Shown piece by piece: positions 13,301 to 21,489 of a DNA stretch of 64,000 bases. Both the position numbers and the translations under genes were made by a program. Below the pieces are notes generated by a model that had not been told where the DNA came from, ran no database searches, and worked only from the letters and a program-made list of their open reading frames with translations. Numbering within the stretch: the stretch's first letter is position 1; every line of letters starts with the position of its first letter. Source of the DNA: a virus; IMG/VR virus record IMGVR_UViG_3300022752_002570, positions 17,862-81,861 of that record; one strand, given 5' to 3'.

Positions 13301-15302
13301 AACCTACAACATCTCTCAAATTAGTGCCATCATAGTTAACATCGGTAATGTCATCTAACATGGTAGTAAGATGATCTCTTAATTCGGATAATGTAAAATC
13401 TTTTACAGGGCCATTAAGAGGATTATTAACCATACTTAAAGGAATTTCATAATATCCGTTTAAATTAGGCTCTTGGTCTGTAAAGATCTTAATTGCCACT
13501 GTATCATTTGCATCTAACTGATTATCTAAAGTTACAGATGACGCGGTAGAAGAGGCAGTAAACGCACTTCTTAATAGTTGATCATTTTTATAAACTGCTA
13601 TTGACGTAATAGATGCTGCCTCTATTGGAACATCTAAAGACTTTATATAAAGAGTACTGGTTGTTTCAGATACAGTTTGTATTTCAACTATTGGCAAATG
13701 ATATTCAGTTTCTTGTTGCCATACATTGAATAATTCACTTGTTTCATAATTTTTTAAATAAGTGTTAGCAACAAGTTTAGTAGAACTCTGATTATTTTCT
13801 TTAATGTTGAAAGAATCTGTCATAAAATAATTTTTAAATAGAAAACTTCCTATGCCCGAACTATTTTGATATTTTAAAGGAAATCCTAGCACAGTATCAC
13901 TGGCACCTATACCCACGTCATAGCCAAATAATCTTGTGCCTAAAAAATTAGACTGATATGTTGCAGTATTTGAATAACTTACGCCATCATTATCAAATAC
14001 ATCAAAAAGTGGAAACTGATTTATTGTTGTGTGCTGTTGTGCTAGTTTCCACGAATCAGATTCTGTATCAAAATACCAACTTGTACCTCCATAGGTATTT
14101 CCAAAATTAATTGACACACCTACACTGCTAGTTGTTAAAGATGTAACTGTAGTTAAAATTATTGTAGATGTTGTTCCTGTCGTATAAGAAACTTGAAAAA
14201 TTTTATTTTTATTATCAGGATCAGTATTAAAAATTAATCTATTTCCTGCTTGTATCAATGTTCCGTCAATATAATATCCATAAGAACCATTTACAGTTGC
14301 AAACGCATCAGCAGTATTATTATCAATTAAATCTACATTTTCTAAACCTACTGTACCGTGATTGTACAATTTAAGATTGGGTCTGAATTCTACAATAGGT
14401 CTTTTTGCACGTTGGTTAAAATCAAACAATACTGGTGTTTGATTAATTCCTGCTGTTTTTTCAATAATGTCTTTATGAAACCACCTATTATATCTGGTCC
14501 ATGAATTATAATCTTTGCTGGCTCTATTAATAGTAATGTATTCAGGTACCAATGGTAAACGTTTTCCACCGTCAAAAGGATATTCATCTAATCCATCTGA
14601 ATCAAATGTCTCGTTGTATACATCTGCTAAGCCTTCATTATTTTCTAAATATCTTATGTCAATTAACCTTATACTGTCACCAACTCCCTCAACATAATAA
14701 GTATTTTCTCTATAGGTGCTAGGAGTTACCTGAGTACCAAATACTAATTTCATACCATTTGATAAAGTGTAATTTATTAAATTTCCTTCACCATCAGTAT
14801 ACTGATATGGTAAGGAGTAGGTTGGATTTCCTACGATTTCAGCATCAACATCTATGCCTAATTCATCAATTACAATAGAATCTGGTCCTTGGGGCAACCA
14901 ATAATAATCAAAATAATTTACAAGTTTATCCCAATCTATATAAGGATCGTAAGAATAAAACTTAGACCTCATCAATTTATCTAAATTATCTGTATTAGAT
15001 TGATAAGATTTTAATTCATTTAATAAATCATCAAAGGCAATAATATCTGTTATTTCACCAGAAATATTTTTAAGTGTTAGTGCAGGTTCTAAAGAATAAT
15101 TCTTTTTTGAGCCTTGAGATTCATCAATATAAACATCAATGGTAGGATCGTAATTTGGCGTTAACTTTGATCCTACGAATCCGTCTATTCTTTCTACTTC
15201 AGGAGTTTGAATAAGATGATCTAATGTACTGGCTAAAAATTTTTTATTTTTTTCAGTCTTTAGATATTCGGGTAAAAAATTAACTGATTTCTTTTTAGCC
15301 AC
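1344..15302 (-). CDS. Giant baseplate wedge/structural protein (4652 aa)
   Basis: Long ORF with GTG start directly downstream of gp6-like gene. N-terminal LPEYLKTEKNKKFL and FYQGFIKDKGTKNAI resemble T4-like wedge proteins. Contains FG-GAP-like repeats, 'VTNPGSGY' repeats and CBM-like aromatic motifs. Confidence 0.75.
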   Translation of the reverse strand: MAKKKSVNFLPEYLKTEKNKKFLASTLDHLIQTPEVERIDGFVGSKLTPNYDPTIDVYIDESQGSKKNYSLEPALTLKNISGEITDIIAFDDLLNELKSYQSNTDNLDKLMRSKFYSYDPYIDWDKLVNYFDYYWLPQGPDSIVIDELGIDVDAEIVGNPTYSLPYQYTDGEGNLINYTLSNGMKLVFGTQVTPSTYRENTYYVEGVGDSIRLIDIRYLENNEGLADVYNETFDSDGLDEYPFDGGKRLPLVPEYITINRASKDYNSWTRYNRWFHKDIIEKTAGINQTPVLFDFNQRAKRPIVEFRPNLKLYNHGTVGLENVDLIDNNTADAFATVNGSYGYYIDGTLIQAGNRLIFNTDPDNKNKIFQVSYTTGTTSTIILTTVTSLTTSSVGVSINFGNTYGGTSWYFDTESDSWKLAQQHTTINQFPLFDVFDNDGVSYSNTATYQSNFLGTRLFGYDVGIGASDTVLGFPLKYQNSSGIGSFLFKNYFMTDSFNIKENNQSSTKLVANTYLKNYETSELFNVWQQETEYHLPIVEIQTVSETTSTLYIKSLDVPIEAASITSIAVYKNDQLLRSAFTASSTASSVTLDNQLDANDTVAIKIFTDQEPNLNGYYEIPLSMVNNPLNGPVKDFTLSELRDHLTTMLDDITDVNYDGTNLRDVVGYTKYGTRIIVNSNPLSFASIFLGKSEHNVVDALRKVGNSYLQFKDNFLRKLLFVSADITHAEAVDQILKEINLTKDFNSAYYRSDMLGYGDNKTVKNYTVTNPAVTDYPIGIDFSLSALSFKSVLVYLNGDQLIYDTDYFINIDEVSFNLSLSVNDEIEILVYSNTLGCFVPPTPTKLGLYPKYEPEIFTDDTYIDQNVDLIRGHDGSLLVAYGDYRDDIILEFEKRIYNNIKVQYQPNIYDVRAGIPGAFRNRSLFRPSQDIVNVDFSFWAGINNVDIKTNTAFDYGNEFTYNYTQSVDKIFAEEVPSYWRGIYNYFFDTDRPHSHPWEMLGFAIKPNWWDTHYEWVDNVKRADLIDAIVQGKVSDPTESDEYNIRYARPNFASINPVDSSGNLVGPLAVVSNNADNVKILGWIYGDGAPSETAWKNSSYWPYAVNIISLLLNPADYLSALFDTSRIALNIKNQVTYTEDDLYLDPRKIILDGENNNQSSGYSIMVIEAGKLKNQNYLQSLRQDLDNLDYNLFYKLGGFTSKEKLQINIDSVDPVSTSPGLVVPYEDYNVFLNVSNPVKIASASGMIIQKQNGKFVLKGYDLEKPYFDVLLPFKEATSPALTVGGISEDFTEWSGITQNKNLKLTASETSTANASPTTRFYREGQIVRYNNRFYRSKVGHNPGSTFDSSLWYSLTTLPLKGGVTVQTSRKFSPTTTRYFYGSEIPTIQEVYDIITGYGKFLEQEGFIFDDYSTDLEQNIDWKYSAKEFLFWCTQNWADGNIITLSPFANAFKYFYDNSIVDDVKTGRFAYNLLKADGKSFPIENFSLIREDSACRIQTKNTEEGIFFVKLVLIQKEHAIVFNNTTVFNDTIYDIETGYKQRRVKLSGFRTKNWNGDFYSPGFVYDNLIITDWSSLKNYTIGDIVRYNGSYYQANKRIEPSTNFDFKKWSLLNEKPVPDLLPNFDYKINQFEDFYSLDIDNFDAGQQKLAQHLIGYTPRTYFNNIFTNPISQYKFYQGFIKDKGTKNAIDKLSKASRYLNKGEVTFTEEWAFRTGYYGGFSNYDEIEFTLPEGTTLENPYLVKFADQVPTDVGPLENYVTPNDLLLTPQDYSSSNVFPVITPESTIVPGGTFLDSPNSPGGTYNETGIILSTAGYVRLDDVTATAYNKNSLLDIAKNNQIQNRSTIWTGFLENGDWSVYRYSKNKAKVTGVYVSAPGANITFSTNLHHNLSVGDIVSIVNFNEQVNGVYIVESVPQLSQFTVQSSLTSIQNQEQLAYGNLFVFESARFTRLSDLRNKKQLFDLDEGELIWVDSGIDNRWQVYEKSNQFPVEYIRSVDSPSAQELGYTIWAADNTDKFLVAVPNFNTTATQSYGRVKVYDRIDQSITKLFEYTLNTYDIQYCNPAKPTEFGYAMAYDVGKNYLIIGAPRASNVKGLSSLEFRPTNVTFSIDILVSNSATVTSSSGEAVGSNAFIASPEEVTWNMTVGVTTSTVYSTAGTFTSATRIFDDEGLVKISSIGPYNDAEVVEAVLTNPLGQYSTSSNKVRFGHSIYINEATTSASTLLIVSAPGTEGVGNQLYVYPTSVTFAMSTGSTASVISSTSTNISTGTTGNVFAYRIRKNNGLQIGAFASGLNVLSTSSVALKVGDQWGYKVSGNSTGTYISVSAPGYKDENSSGLVQIFRFINNGIYHNQTIFSPYGTSGNFGKDQIISYTGKYLVVSAPDYRNLDTSYGSVKVYQLGTNRRYSLLQTIDNPIAGSDLRFGHSLSLNKAETKLLISGLGTNRSIEIKFDENSKSGITTFDGGTTKFKDLIPDSGTVYAYQRLGTYFVPGNEIVDTAIQEGSKYGFDVVSTNKYSYVGAPFNKLSTGTDNSMAFVFDMPEILTVKHQQPDLVDISSIERIALIDSYKEEVSEYLELIDPLKGKISGLAEQEIKYKSPSDPAIYSIGRPGNIVDDKNNWLDDHVGELWWDLSTLKYIWYEQGDDIFRKNNWGKLFPGATIDIYEWVRSDLLPSAWAAQADTNQGTSNGISGQPKYPANDVVSVKQIFNAVTGSFENVYYFWVKNKLLLPDVKNRRLSSYQVANLIADPQANGVKFVQVLSSSSVAFTNVQPLLVDNRISANMSFTYDNPIPRHTEWLLLNEGNQNSVPNALLEKKLFDSLLGEDTSGNPVPDPILSFRNRYGLGIRPQQTLFKDRVEALRNIVVFSNDVLSKEQIVGKYELDTLLLKDEIPSESEGRYDILIDSILELDSIDTSNIRQAVISCTVNNGKIDNVNVIDSGKGYIFAPVVTIKDTNTSAELVSVLDESGKIIRVDITNAGTEYATAPLLEVRPFTAILTSNPDDGGRWTVHEYNNASETWFKVSTQKFRTEDYWDYIDWSASNYNQYKIFSYVVGIPSDIALYNDTTDGTYIKINNNGNGKYVIVEKVSDNGNFTKYFNSVYVQDGTIKILDKVWNDAEAADNYDEAGLADNLYDQSNTIELRNILTALKNDLFVGDLKVNWNLLFFVAVRYALTEQKLLDWAFKTSFVNVVTDLGVLDQRPVYKLDNEQYFEDYIKEIKPYHTKIRNYNSKYNTIEFYDGNITDFDLPTVYDQTLNEYKPITILSTTSATVFTLTNTLTNVYPWKYWTDNYTYYVKEILVADGGQNYTQRPVVELITVNGDYGTGATAEAFIRAGKVYKVIVTNPGSGYVFAPVAQLTGGGAGVIPAALSVVMDNDTIRKNKIGLRFDRISKGVEITDTYVTDKFDCTGEQNSFVLTWLANPDKSTITPTIDGKLVFATDYKLEYYKEDYEGLYTKEFTRLTLLKSVPLAGQTFKVIYKKNIKLFNAVDRIEQYYSPTPGMLADNLTDLVSGLDYPLTTYEGMMFDQTAPWGTTTYDSAPWDDIVSELVTVKLLQDIDTTATTITVNTTTGITTGQSIIIGNTSTIKIRPETIVTEIDSSTNVITISSPVYDLKTVLSTDTSIGSLIEFTTKKQFRGDIKVGDVVLINGIITGGYNGQYVVSTTTNNKFYTTATQVLSSTTTQLSTPATARVLSILSTISSITSVLDKVVQSSTGTSTLQIFTYALYSQIATATVSFSSGSPSWYIASSSGTVQRAIVNISGLNPSVRTTATVTILGNTDIDFWKYNLSPDQLTVNLDGGQYTNGIKTSALGTTATDNIVQGGGWIKPVGQYYGYKLTTNVPGSTASNYADAIDRYYLRYLYRHADQVGLDYWVQTIVDGNNTLESVEANIKVSAESTQINASFNPDGLINPFRSYAPEEFVPGDTKDSLSITVYTRPERISPIMFNGVIYNIAGQETTATLQLVTDEIPAGLIVTFNGKPLSRVDNYPLPFDLDNQVYFLEGNRITIGAQTVGGRIGYSYVTASSDTGLDSQYVYVNSTSTQTATLISDMPFNGVGSVFVQLNGNQQIGPYSVGTGLGYVLEPVGNVNKRAKITVNEIAAGRNEVTAWFFRNRIDTFNRIKETYYNISTSTVSIPLDPVPFNLEPISTQVIVEKLTGNPYSPRTRLLPPDTSYYKITGNQLTFDINNNKSGAAYNNQNVKVYVNGYEIRPGFDFVVNAATETITIIQNVVAFNDVIAIMDLTDYDYVIINRILYLKNAVTSGAIKVTSFTDHDGMGLRTERFDRTHNNEYTLDMPVINENYIWVTANDKALIAGYDFYVKPDLQTIVIGNDVPMTTGSKVVIVSVNPANYDNTVIAYRLFKDIFDRQSFRRVSNFFSTKLAHPLNYYDDSIHVEDGSMLFSPNPSKNIPGVVFIDGERIEYFVKNGNELTQLRRGTFGTGTPWYSAEGTLVFDQSVKQNVYTEETVNIQNIPTTYLTLYNISTVTNTSSFSINTTTHAGSGISLLTTSTHGYVPAYVDQVDVYYGGRKLRKTELKLHYNERAYDTTSSVYYNNETTSSYDVLPPEYTIEVDTSQTLLLNISEEIVPGTQITVIQRKGRVWDISTASILVSTSTQAKFLRKGPAQLPSSYYYGGNLELTDETNAPLTEDDGDLLQGL

Positions 15303-15304
15303 AA

Positions 15305-18300
15305 TTAATTCCCAGTAGAAGTGACTATTGATGAAGTTCTTAATTGTGATGCAGTAATAGCATCAATAACTTCAATATCATTTACACTAGCACCGCTTAT
15401 CAATATCTCATTTGATAAACAAGATATTTCATATAAACTTCCAAAACTACTGTCATTTTTTGGTAAAATTACAAGGTTAACTATACTAGGCGTTAACATA
15501 TTCATAATATATGTGCTAAGTTCACTAAAATAAAATGATTGACCGAAATCCCAATTGTTTAAATCAAAGAAAGAATTAATTGCCTCAATAATTTTAGTTT
15601 TTATTTCATTATCAGTAGTTACAATTTTATTGTTCCTTACAGCCTTAAATTGTGCCTGTAAGTTAACGTCTGCTTTTTCACCAAATAATATTTTATATTT
15701 TACAGGATTAAAAACAATCTCGTCGCTTATTGCCTTAATTGATTGTAGATACGGTTTATAATTTTGTTCTAAATCTTGCGATGTTGGAGATAGAGGAGCA
15801 GTAGAAGTTACACCTTTTAGATAGTTTCTAAAATCGTTATCGTATCCAGTTGTTAACATGTATACATCGATTAGATTAGTTTTACTTGGATCTATTCTTC
15901 TTTCTTTTCCGCTATTGTGCAAATAATGAAACTTTAGATCACTTCTTCCATTCCTGGCAAAGTATTGATCAGTATAAACAAATGACGCAGTTTGTGAATC
16001 AAAGTATTTTACAACATTAATATCTTCGTTATAAAAATAAAATAAATTTCCATTTACTTTATCTGTTTCTTGTACAAAACTTTCATTTGGTAACGATATA
16101 AAAATACTAGCATCTTCTAATTCATATCTTAATCCATCAGACATTTTTTTAAAATACACAAAGTTTTCTCTATACCCAGACGGACCTATTTCTGAGGGTT
16201 TTACAATACTTTCAAAAGATTCAGGATCGTCTAATTGACCTGTATTATTAAAATCGTAAAAACTTACCTTTATCTTTTTAGGATTAACATATCCATCTAT
16301 CTCTATAACAGGTGAATCAATTTGCCAAACTCTATCAAATCCTAAACTTCCATCACCTGATGTGTTAATAGATAAGACTTCTATTTTATCTTTTATAACT
16401 TTATTTGTGACATAATCAAAATTAATAGAAGTCTCATCAATGTGAAACGCTGTTTGTGCAACACTTTCAAATATATAGTCTAGTGTTCTATATCTCACTT
16501 TGTAATAACTACCCGTCCATGTAAAAGATATAAGCCAACTAGAATCAAACCCCGAGTCGTCAACATTTCCTTGCTTTTCTAAACTAAAATTTTGTGTTAA
16601 ATTTAAATTTGAACTTAAAATAATATCCCATGCTCTTGTAGAATTATCAATTGTAAGTCCAAAATTTTTCTGCGTCATACAAATATTTGCGATTTCATTC
16701 TCTACAGAAAATCCTAAAAGTTTAGGATATTTTGGAATTACTTCTGCCGGTATGCTGCCTTGTGGTACTCTTGTTGAAAATATAACAGGTCCAGTTCCGT
16801 CATCTAATTGTCCTATTCCATTATTAGAGCCATCGCCGATAACCTGTTGAACTAATGCCCAAATATACGATCTTCCACCTTGAGGAGTAGTTGTCCCTGC
16901 TTTTAAATTATTCTTTTTATCATAGTAATAACCCGACGGAGCAGTAAATTTTACTAAAGAACCAGGCACAATGTATTTCATTTCACTTTGACTAAATTCT
17001 CCTACTGCAATAGCAAGATCATTGAATGTGAAATAACCTCTAGATTGAGTTGCAACTTTATTGACTTCAGTCCATCCTATACCTAATGCACCAAGATTTG
17101 GATTAGAAAATTTTTCAATATAGAAATTTTTCATATTTGGTGAAGCAATCACGTCGCTTAAATTATTTTTAACGAATCCTAAAACCTGATTGCGGTTTGT
17201 AAATGTTAACTGTAAAAGTCCCTCTTGTTCTTCCTGATATAATATGCCATCATCGGCAAAAATGTTTGTCTTACTGTATGCACCACTGACATCAGCAATA
17301 TCAAAATATCTGCTAATACCACTTGATATTCTATTAACACTTTTTACCTTTAGTATATCACTACCTGCATTCAAAGGCGCTATGTTATAGTCCTCACCAG
17401 TAATCATTCTATTTTGTAGATAATAATTTTGCGGGGCTTTGAGTTGTATGCTGGCATTAGATTCTGGACCGCTGCTATTAGCCACTGTATATAGCAATGA
17501 GAGAGTAAGTTGAAGTGTATGACTTTGTCCAAGACTATTAACATAGGGCAGAGCAACTATGACTCCACTAAAATTCTCAGGCTTTAATACATAGGTATTG
17601 GCATTACTCTGTCTATAAAATAATACAAAATCACCTTTTGGAAGATCGCCAAATACACCGTCACTGAAATTTAAATCTATTTGATCATTTTCTCTAGAAG
17701 TCACAGCATAAAATGTTCTAAGATCTTTACTTAGACTATTATAAATGACATTGTTATTTTGTGAAGCAGAATTAACCTTGGTCCACAATTGACTGAAATT
17801 ATTAGCATTATCTTTTTGCCACAACCAAATATCTGTATCATTTATATTAGTTGTATTAACACCAATAATTTCATTTGGTACAGGATTGTCAACCGTAAAG
17901 TTTGCTACATTTAACTTACCTTGCCTAAAATGCACAAAAAAACCAGTATTTGCACTACCAGGACCTTGATTATCATTTTTGTAGATATAACTAAACTTGT
18001 TAGCAGGTGTAGGAGGTTCTTCATAAATGTAGTCTGTACCTGAAAACGTGCAAGGCACGATTTCAAAATTCATTTGAACACCGTTGATATTTTTATTAAA
18101 ACTGAATAAAGGTACATCTTGGTTGTCACTAGCAAACTTGTAGTTTTCAGTAGTAACGCCACTAATAACTGCTTTATCTACAGGAGTTCCAAAGTTTGAA
18201 GTAGATGCGCTATTAATAATATTAACAAATTGTTGATACCATTCTGGATTGGTAGAATCATTCCAACCTATAACTGTGTTTGCTAAATTTACACCATTAC

Positions 18301-18691
18301 TGTCAAAAACACTATCTGTGGTACTAACTGCTGTAATTTTTAAAAAACCATTTGACGGGACGTTTCTTTTAGGTGTGTAACCTATTAATTGTGCTAGACG
18401 TAAAATGCTATCACGTCGTTGCGCTGTCTCAATAAAGTTTTCTCTGGCATTTAGATCAATTCTAAAACTTAAATTTTGACCAAGAAATGCAATAAGATCT
18501 ATTAGTGCAACATACTCGCTACTATCAATGTAGTCATTAAAATCTTCAGGATAGTTATCACGAAGATAACCAATCATTGTTCTCTTAAGAGTCTCAAAAT
18601 CATAACTCTTAAAATCTGCGTTCTTAAAAGACTGGTATACTTTTTGCCAATCTTCTGTAACAAATAGTTTATTAGTAGTATTCGGTATCAT
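15305..18691 (-). CDS. gp6: Baseplate wedge subunit, T4 gp6-like
   Basis: N-terminal DFETLKRTMIGYLR...ARENFIETAQRRDSILRLAQLIGY and APQNYYLQNRMITGEDY motifs typical of gp6/baseplate-J; follows gp25. Confidence 0.85.
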   Translation of the reverse strand: MIPNTTNKLFVTEDWQKVYQSFKNADFKSYDFETLKRTMIGYLRDNYPEDFNDYIDSSEYVALIDLIAFLGQNLSFRIDLNARENFIETAQRRDSILRLAQLIGYTPKRNVPSNGFLKITAVSTTDSVFDSNGVNLANTVIGWNDSTNPEWYQQFVNIINSASTSNFGTPVDKAVISGVTTENYKFASDNQDVPLFSFNKNINGVQMNFEIVPCTFSGTDYIYEEPPTPANKFSYIYKNDNQGPGSANTGFFVHFRQGKLNVANFTVDNPVPNEIIGVNTTNINDTDIWLWQKDNANNFSQLWTKVNSASQNNNVIYNSLSKDLRTFYAVTSRENDQIDLNFSDGVFGDLPKGDFVLFYRQSNANTYVLKPENFSGVIVALPYVNSLGQSHTLQLTLSLLYTVANSSGPESNASIQLKAPQNYYLQNRMITGEDYNIAPLNAGSDILKVKSVNRISSGISRYFDIADVSGAYSKTNIFADDGILYQEEQEGLLQLTFTNRNQVLGFVKNNLSDVIASPNMKNFYIEKFSNPNLGALGIGWTEVNKVATQSRGYFTFNDLAIAVGEFSQSEMKYIVPGSLVKFTAPSGYYYDKKNNLKAGTTTPQGGRSYIWALVQQVIGDGSNNGIGQLDDGTGPVIFSTRVPQGSIPAEVIPKYPKLLGFSVENEIANICMTQKNFGLTIDNSTRAWDIILSSNLNLTQNFSLEKQGNVDDSGFDSSWLISFTWTGSYYKVRYRTLDYIFESVAQTAFHIDETSINFDYVTNKVIKDKIEVLSINTSGDGSLGFDRVWQIDSPVIEIDGYVNPKKIKVSFYDFNNTGQLDDPESFESIVKPSEIGPSGYRENFVYFKKMSDGLRYELEDASIFISLPNESFVQETDKVNGNLFYFYNEDINVVKYFDSQTASFVYTDQYFARNGRSDLKFHYLHNSGKERRIDPSKTNLIDVYMLTTGYDNDFRNYLKGVTSTAPLSPTSQDLEQNYKPYLQSIKAISDEIVFNPVKYKILFGEKADVNLQAQFKAVRNNKIVTTDNEIKTKIIEAINSFFDLNNWDFGQSFYFSELSTYIMNMLTPSIVNLVILPKNDSSFGSLYEISCLSNEILISGASVNDIEVIDAITASQLRTSSIVTSTGN

Positions 18692-18735
18692 ATCTTTATT
18701 GTACCAATATTTATTTTACAAATTATGTAGGTATT

Positions 18736-19173
18736 TTATTGCAGTCTAAGCCCTAGTTGTTGATCAAATGCTAATTTTAATACAGATGTTTGATCAGTTT
18801 CTCTTAGGGCTAAGGTTATTTCAATAAGATAACCTTTTTCATATTCGTTTATTGCTAGTTGAGTAGGGTATACTCTAGGATCAAATGCACAGATAGTCCT
18901 AATATCAGAGATCAAAATTTCTTTTGTCTGCTGAGTCATAGGTTCCATTAATAAATCCCATATAATTGTTCCAAAATTTGGATTCATTACACGTTCGCCC
19001 TTACGAGTATTAAAATGATTTAAAAGATTTTGTTTAATTAAATCAAAGTCGTATAATTTAGAGGAACGATTGTTAGGATTTAATGTACTAAATCCCTTAT
19101 AGAAATGTGTTCGCGATACTGTAACCTCAGGTGAATAAGGAGCAGGATTAAGTTCAATATTCTTGTATGGCAT
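18736..19173 (-). CDS. gp25: Baseplate wedge subunit, gp25-like
   Basis: LIKQNLLNHFNTRKGERVMNPNFGTIIWDLLMEP...DPRV signature of the gp25/GPW family. Confidence 0.9.
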   Translation of the reverse strand: MPYKNIELNPAPYSPEVTVSRTHFYKGFSTLNPNNRSSKLYDFDLIKQNLLNHFNTRKGERVMNPNFGTIIWDLLMEPMTQQTKEILISDIRTICAFDPRVYPTQLAINEYEKGYLIEITLALRETDQTSVLKLAFDQQLGLRLQ

Positions 19174-19180
19174 CTTATAT

Positions 19181-21487
19181 TTATTGACTGCCTGAACCAG
19201 TCTTTATTGGATTCCCACTGCTGTCTGTCACTATACCCCCTGTGCTGCTGAGTGTGGTTCCTTGTAATTGTCCAAGAAAACATTCATAGTATCCACGTTT
19301 TTTAGCCTTGATGTCTGGTGTATTATAACCAACAGCAGAACAGGCCGCTTCAAAATATCCTGGATCTGTTTGTGATAATTTACATCTGTCTAACATATAC
19401 TTTACACTGACTTCGGCGGCAACATCTGATGTGTTTAATTTTTTAGGATCAGCAATAAGATCTTGATTAATTAATCCACCGTACTTGGCGTAATTGGCTC
19501 TACCTGTTAACTGAATATATCCTCGTCCAATGAACTTACCACCATCTCCGGGCTGCGTATTGCCGAGCCCTTTACCTTTAGCAGTTGTTGATCCGTATAA
19601 AAATTCAGGTAGACTGTTATTAGGATTGCCTGCGTATTGTTGCGCCAATGAACGATCTCCCTTAAACACGCTAGGAAAGACCTGTAATAATCTATCTGCG
19701 CTGTAGTTAAAGTTTTCTTCAACTAACTTCCAACGGCATTCTCCTCCTGCTATTCCTAGTAAAGCAGCCACAGCGTAGGGGCTTGTTAGGCCGTATTTTT
19801 TACAGGCCGCTTTTAGTGCTTCAATACCTGGTTGAGCAGCAGAACTATTGATGTCTTTGGCATATTCTGGACTACAGGTTCCTGCAGGTACATCAGGAGT
19901 ATTAGCACTCTGTTGAGGCGCTGCACTTCCACCCTCGGCGGTATTAGGATTAGGAGGTATTCCTGCACCTGCCCTATTCTGTAGTGTAACATCTGTGGCA
20001 GCAGGACTAAACTGATTTGGATTTACATTTTCATGTTGTGGCCAAGGTTCATGAGTAGGCACACGCTGCATAATACTCTTTATAGGTGTACTGTTGTAGA
20101 AAGAACCGTTAGCCCATCCTGCACTTATTTTTCTATTTGGCAGAGAGAAGATCGGAAGGTCTGGTGGTATTTCAGCATTTGTAGCAACTTCAGGCGACGG
20201 TGCTGCTGGACCATTTAGGTGAACTTGACTACCACTGATCAATACTTGTCCATTGGCTCCTAGACCCAACTGTCCTGCTGTGCCTAGATTAATATTTCCC
20301 TCTGCGGCAAGACTTAATGCTCCACCTGCATTTAATATTATTTTATCAGAAGCATTAAATGACAGTGTGCCATCTATGGTAAATTTACTTGTGCCGTTTA
20401 CTGTATGATCATGATTACCCATCACACTAATCTTATGGTCTTGATCTACTTTTAGAAAATGATAACCTCCAATATTCACTTCATAATTCTTTATGCTTCT
20501 TACATTGATATTTCTTCCTGCTTCAAAGTTTATGTCTCTATCTGCTCTAAAATTAAAATCCTGTTCTGAATGTATGCTCATACTGTCATGAGCATAGATA
20601 TCAATCTTACCATTACTGGTCATTTCTATCCAGGCGGTACCCTTACTATTTGCTATATAAATTAGATCCTGACTGTTATGCATGAGTATTTGATGACCTG
20701 TTCTTGTCCTCAATCTAACTAATTCATTCTGTCCGTTGACATCACCATCGTCCATAACAAATTGACTGCCGCCTAAACGACTTACAGGCACAGTGGTACC
20801 TGCTCCATAACCAATTTTCCCACGTCTAGCATTTGGCCTTTCGTCTAAGGGACCAGGAGTGCTTATGCCAAACACGCTACTAGGTACTTCTCTCCTAGCA
20901 CTAGAACTTGTAACACCTCGTATAGTATCTAACAATAGACCCTGTTCTAATAATCGTTCTGCGAACGGATGTACAGGTTTTGCAAATGATTCTACATTAG
21001 GATTTTCTAACTTTTTGCTGCTGATATGAAACTCACCCACTGGTAAAAAATCTGTACCGTACTTTCTTTTTTGTTCTTCAGTCAGTGCAGTTTGTCTACT
21101 AGCAGCAATTCCGGGAACCATGTGATTCTGATAAGTATTCAACACACAACCAAACCAATAACCTTGATTAGTGTCTCCTTCTATAAAGAATACCATAACA
21201 GTAGCACCAATATCAGGAGGAATCATCCACATACCATAACTTTTTTGCACATCATTAAAGTCGCTGCTATTATTGCCTTCATATCTTACACTGGTATTTC
21301 CTTGAAAAGGACTACAGTATCTAACTACATAAGTTTCTCCTTCAGCCTTTGTTGACCCAGGTACTCCTTTATAGAGAGCAACTTCTAACATTCCCATATA
21401 AGTAGGATCTAGGTGGTTTACCACTTCGGCAAGATAGGGCCCTGGTTTACCTAAAGGTGATCTTTTTCTAGTTTCTATAAATCTCAT
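19181..21487 (-). CDS. gp5: Baseplate hub spike, gp5/VgrG-like, with C-terminal GH19 muramidase/chitinase-fold domain
   Basis: N-terminal OB-fold (PPDIGATVMVFFIEGDTNQGYWFG), RTRTGHQILM, beta-helix repeats, and C-terminal GRGYIQLTGRANY GH19 motif. Confidence 0.85.
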   Translation of the reverse strand: MRFIETRKRSPLGKPGPYLAEVVNHLDPTYMGMLEVALYKGVPGSTKAEGETYVVRYCSPFQGNTSVRYEGNNSSDFNDVQKSYGMWMIPPDIGATVMVFFIEGDTNQGYWFGCVLNTYQNHMVPGIAASRQTALTEEQKRKYGTDFLPVGEFHISSKKLENPNVESFAKPVHPFAERLLEQGLLLDTIRGVTSSSARREVPSSVFGISTPGPLDERPNARRGKIGYGAGTTVPVSRLGGSQFVMDDGDVNGQNELVRLRTRTGHQILMHNSQDLIYIANSKGTAWIEMTSNGKIDIYAHDSMSIHSEQDFNFRADRDINFEAGRNINVRSIKNYEVNIGGYHFLKVDQDHKISVMGNHDHTVNGTSKFTIDGTLSFNASDKIILNAGGALSLAAEGNINLGTAGQLGLGANGQVLISGSQVHLNGPAAPSPEVATNAEIPPDLPIFSLPNRKISAGWANGSFYNSTPIKSIMQRVPTHEPWPQHENVNPNQFSPAATDVTLQNRAGAGIPPNPNTAEGGSAAPQQSANTPDVPAGTCSPEYAKDINSSAAQPGIEALKAACKKYGLTSPYAVAALLGIAGGECRWKLVEENFNYSADRLLQVFPSVFKGDRSLAQQYAGNPNNSLPEFLYGSTTAKGKGLGNTQPGDGGKFIGRGYIQLTGRANYAKYGGLINQDLIADPKKLNTSDVAAEVSVKYMLDRCKLSQTDPGYFEAACSAVGYNTPDIKAKKRGYYECFLGQLQGTTLSSTGGIVTDSSGNPIKTGSGSQ

Positions 21488-21489
21488 TG

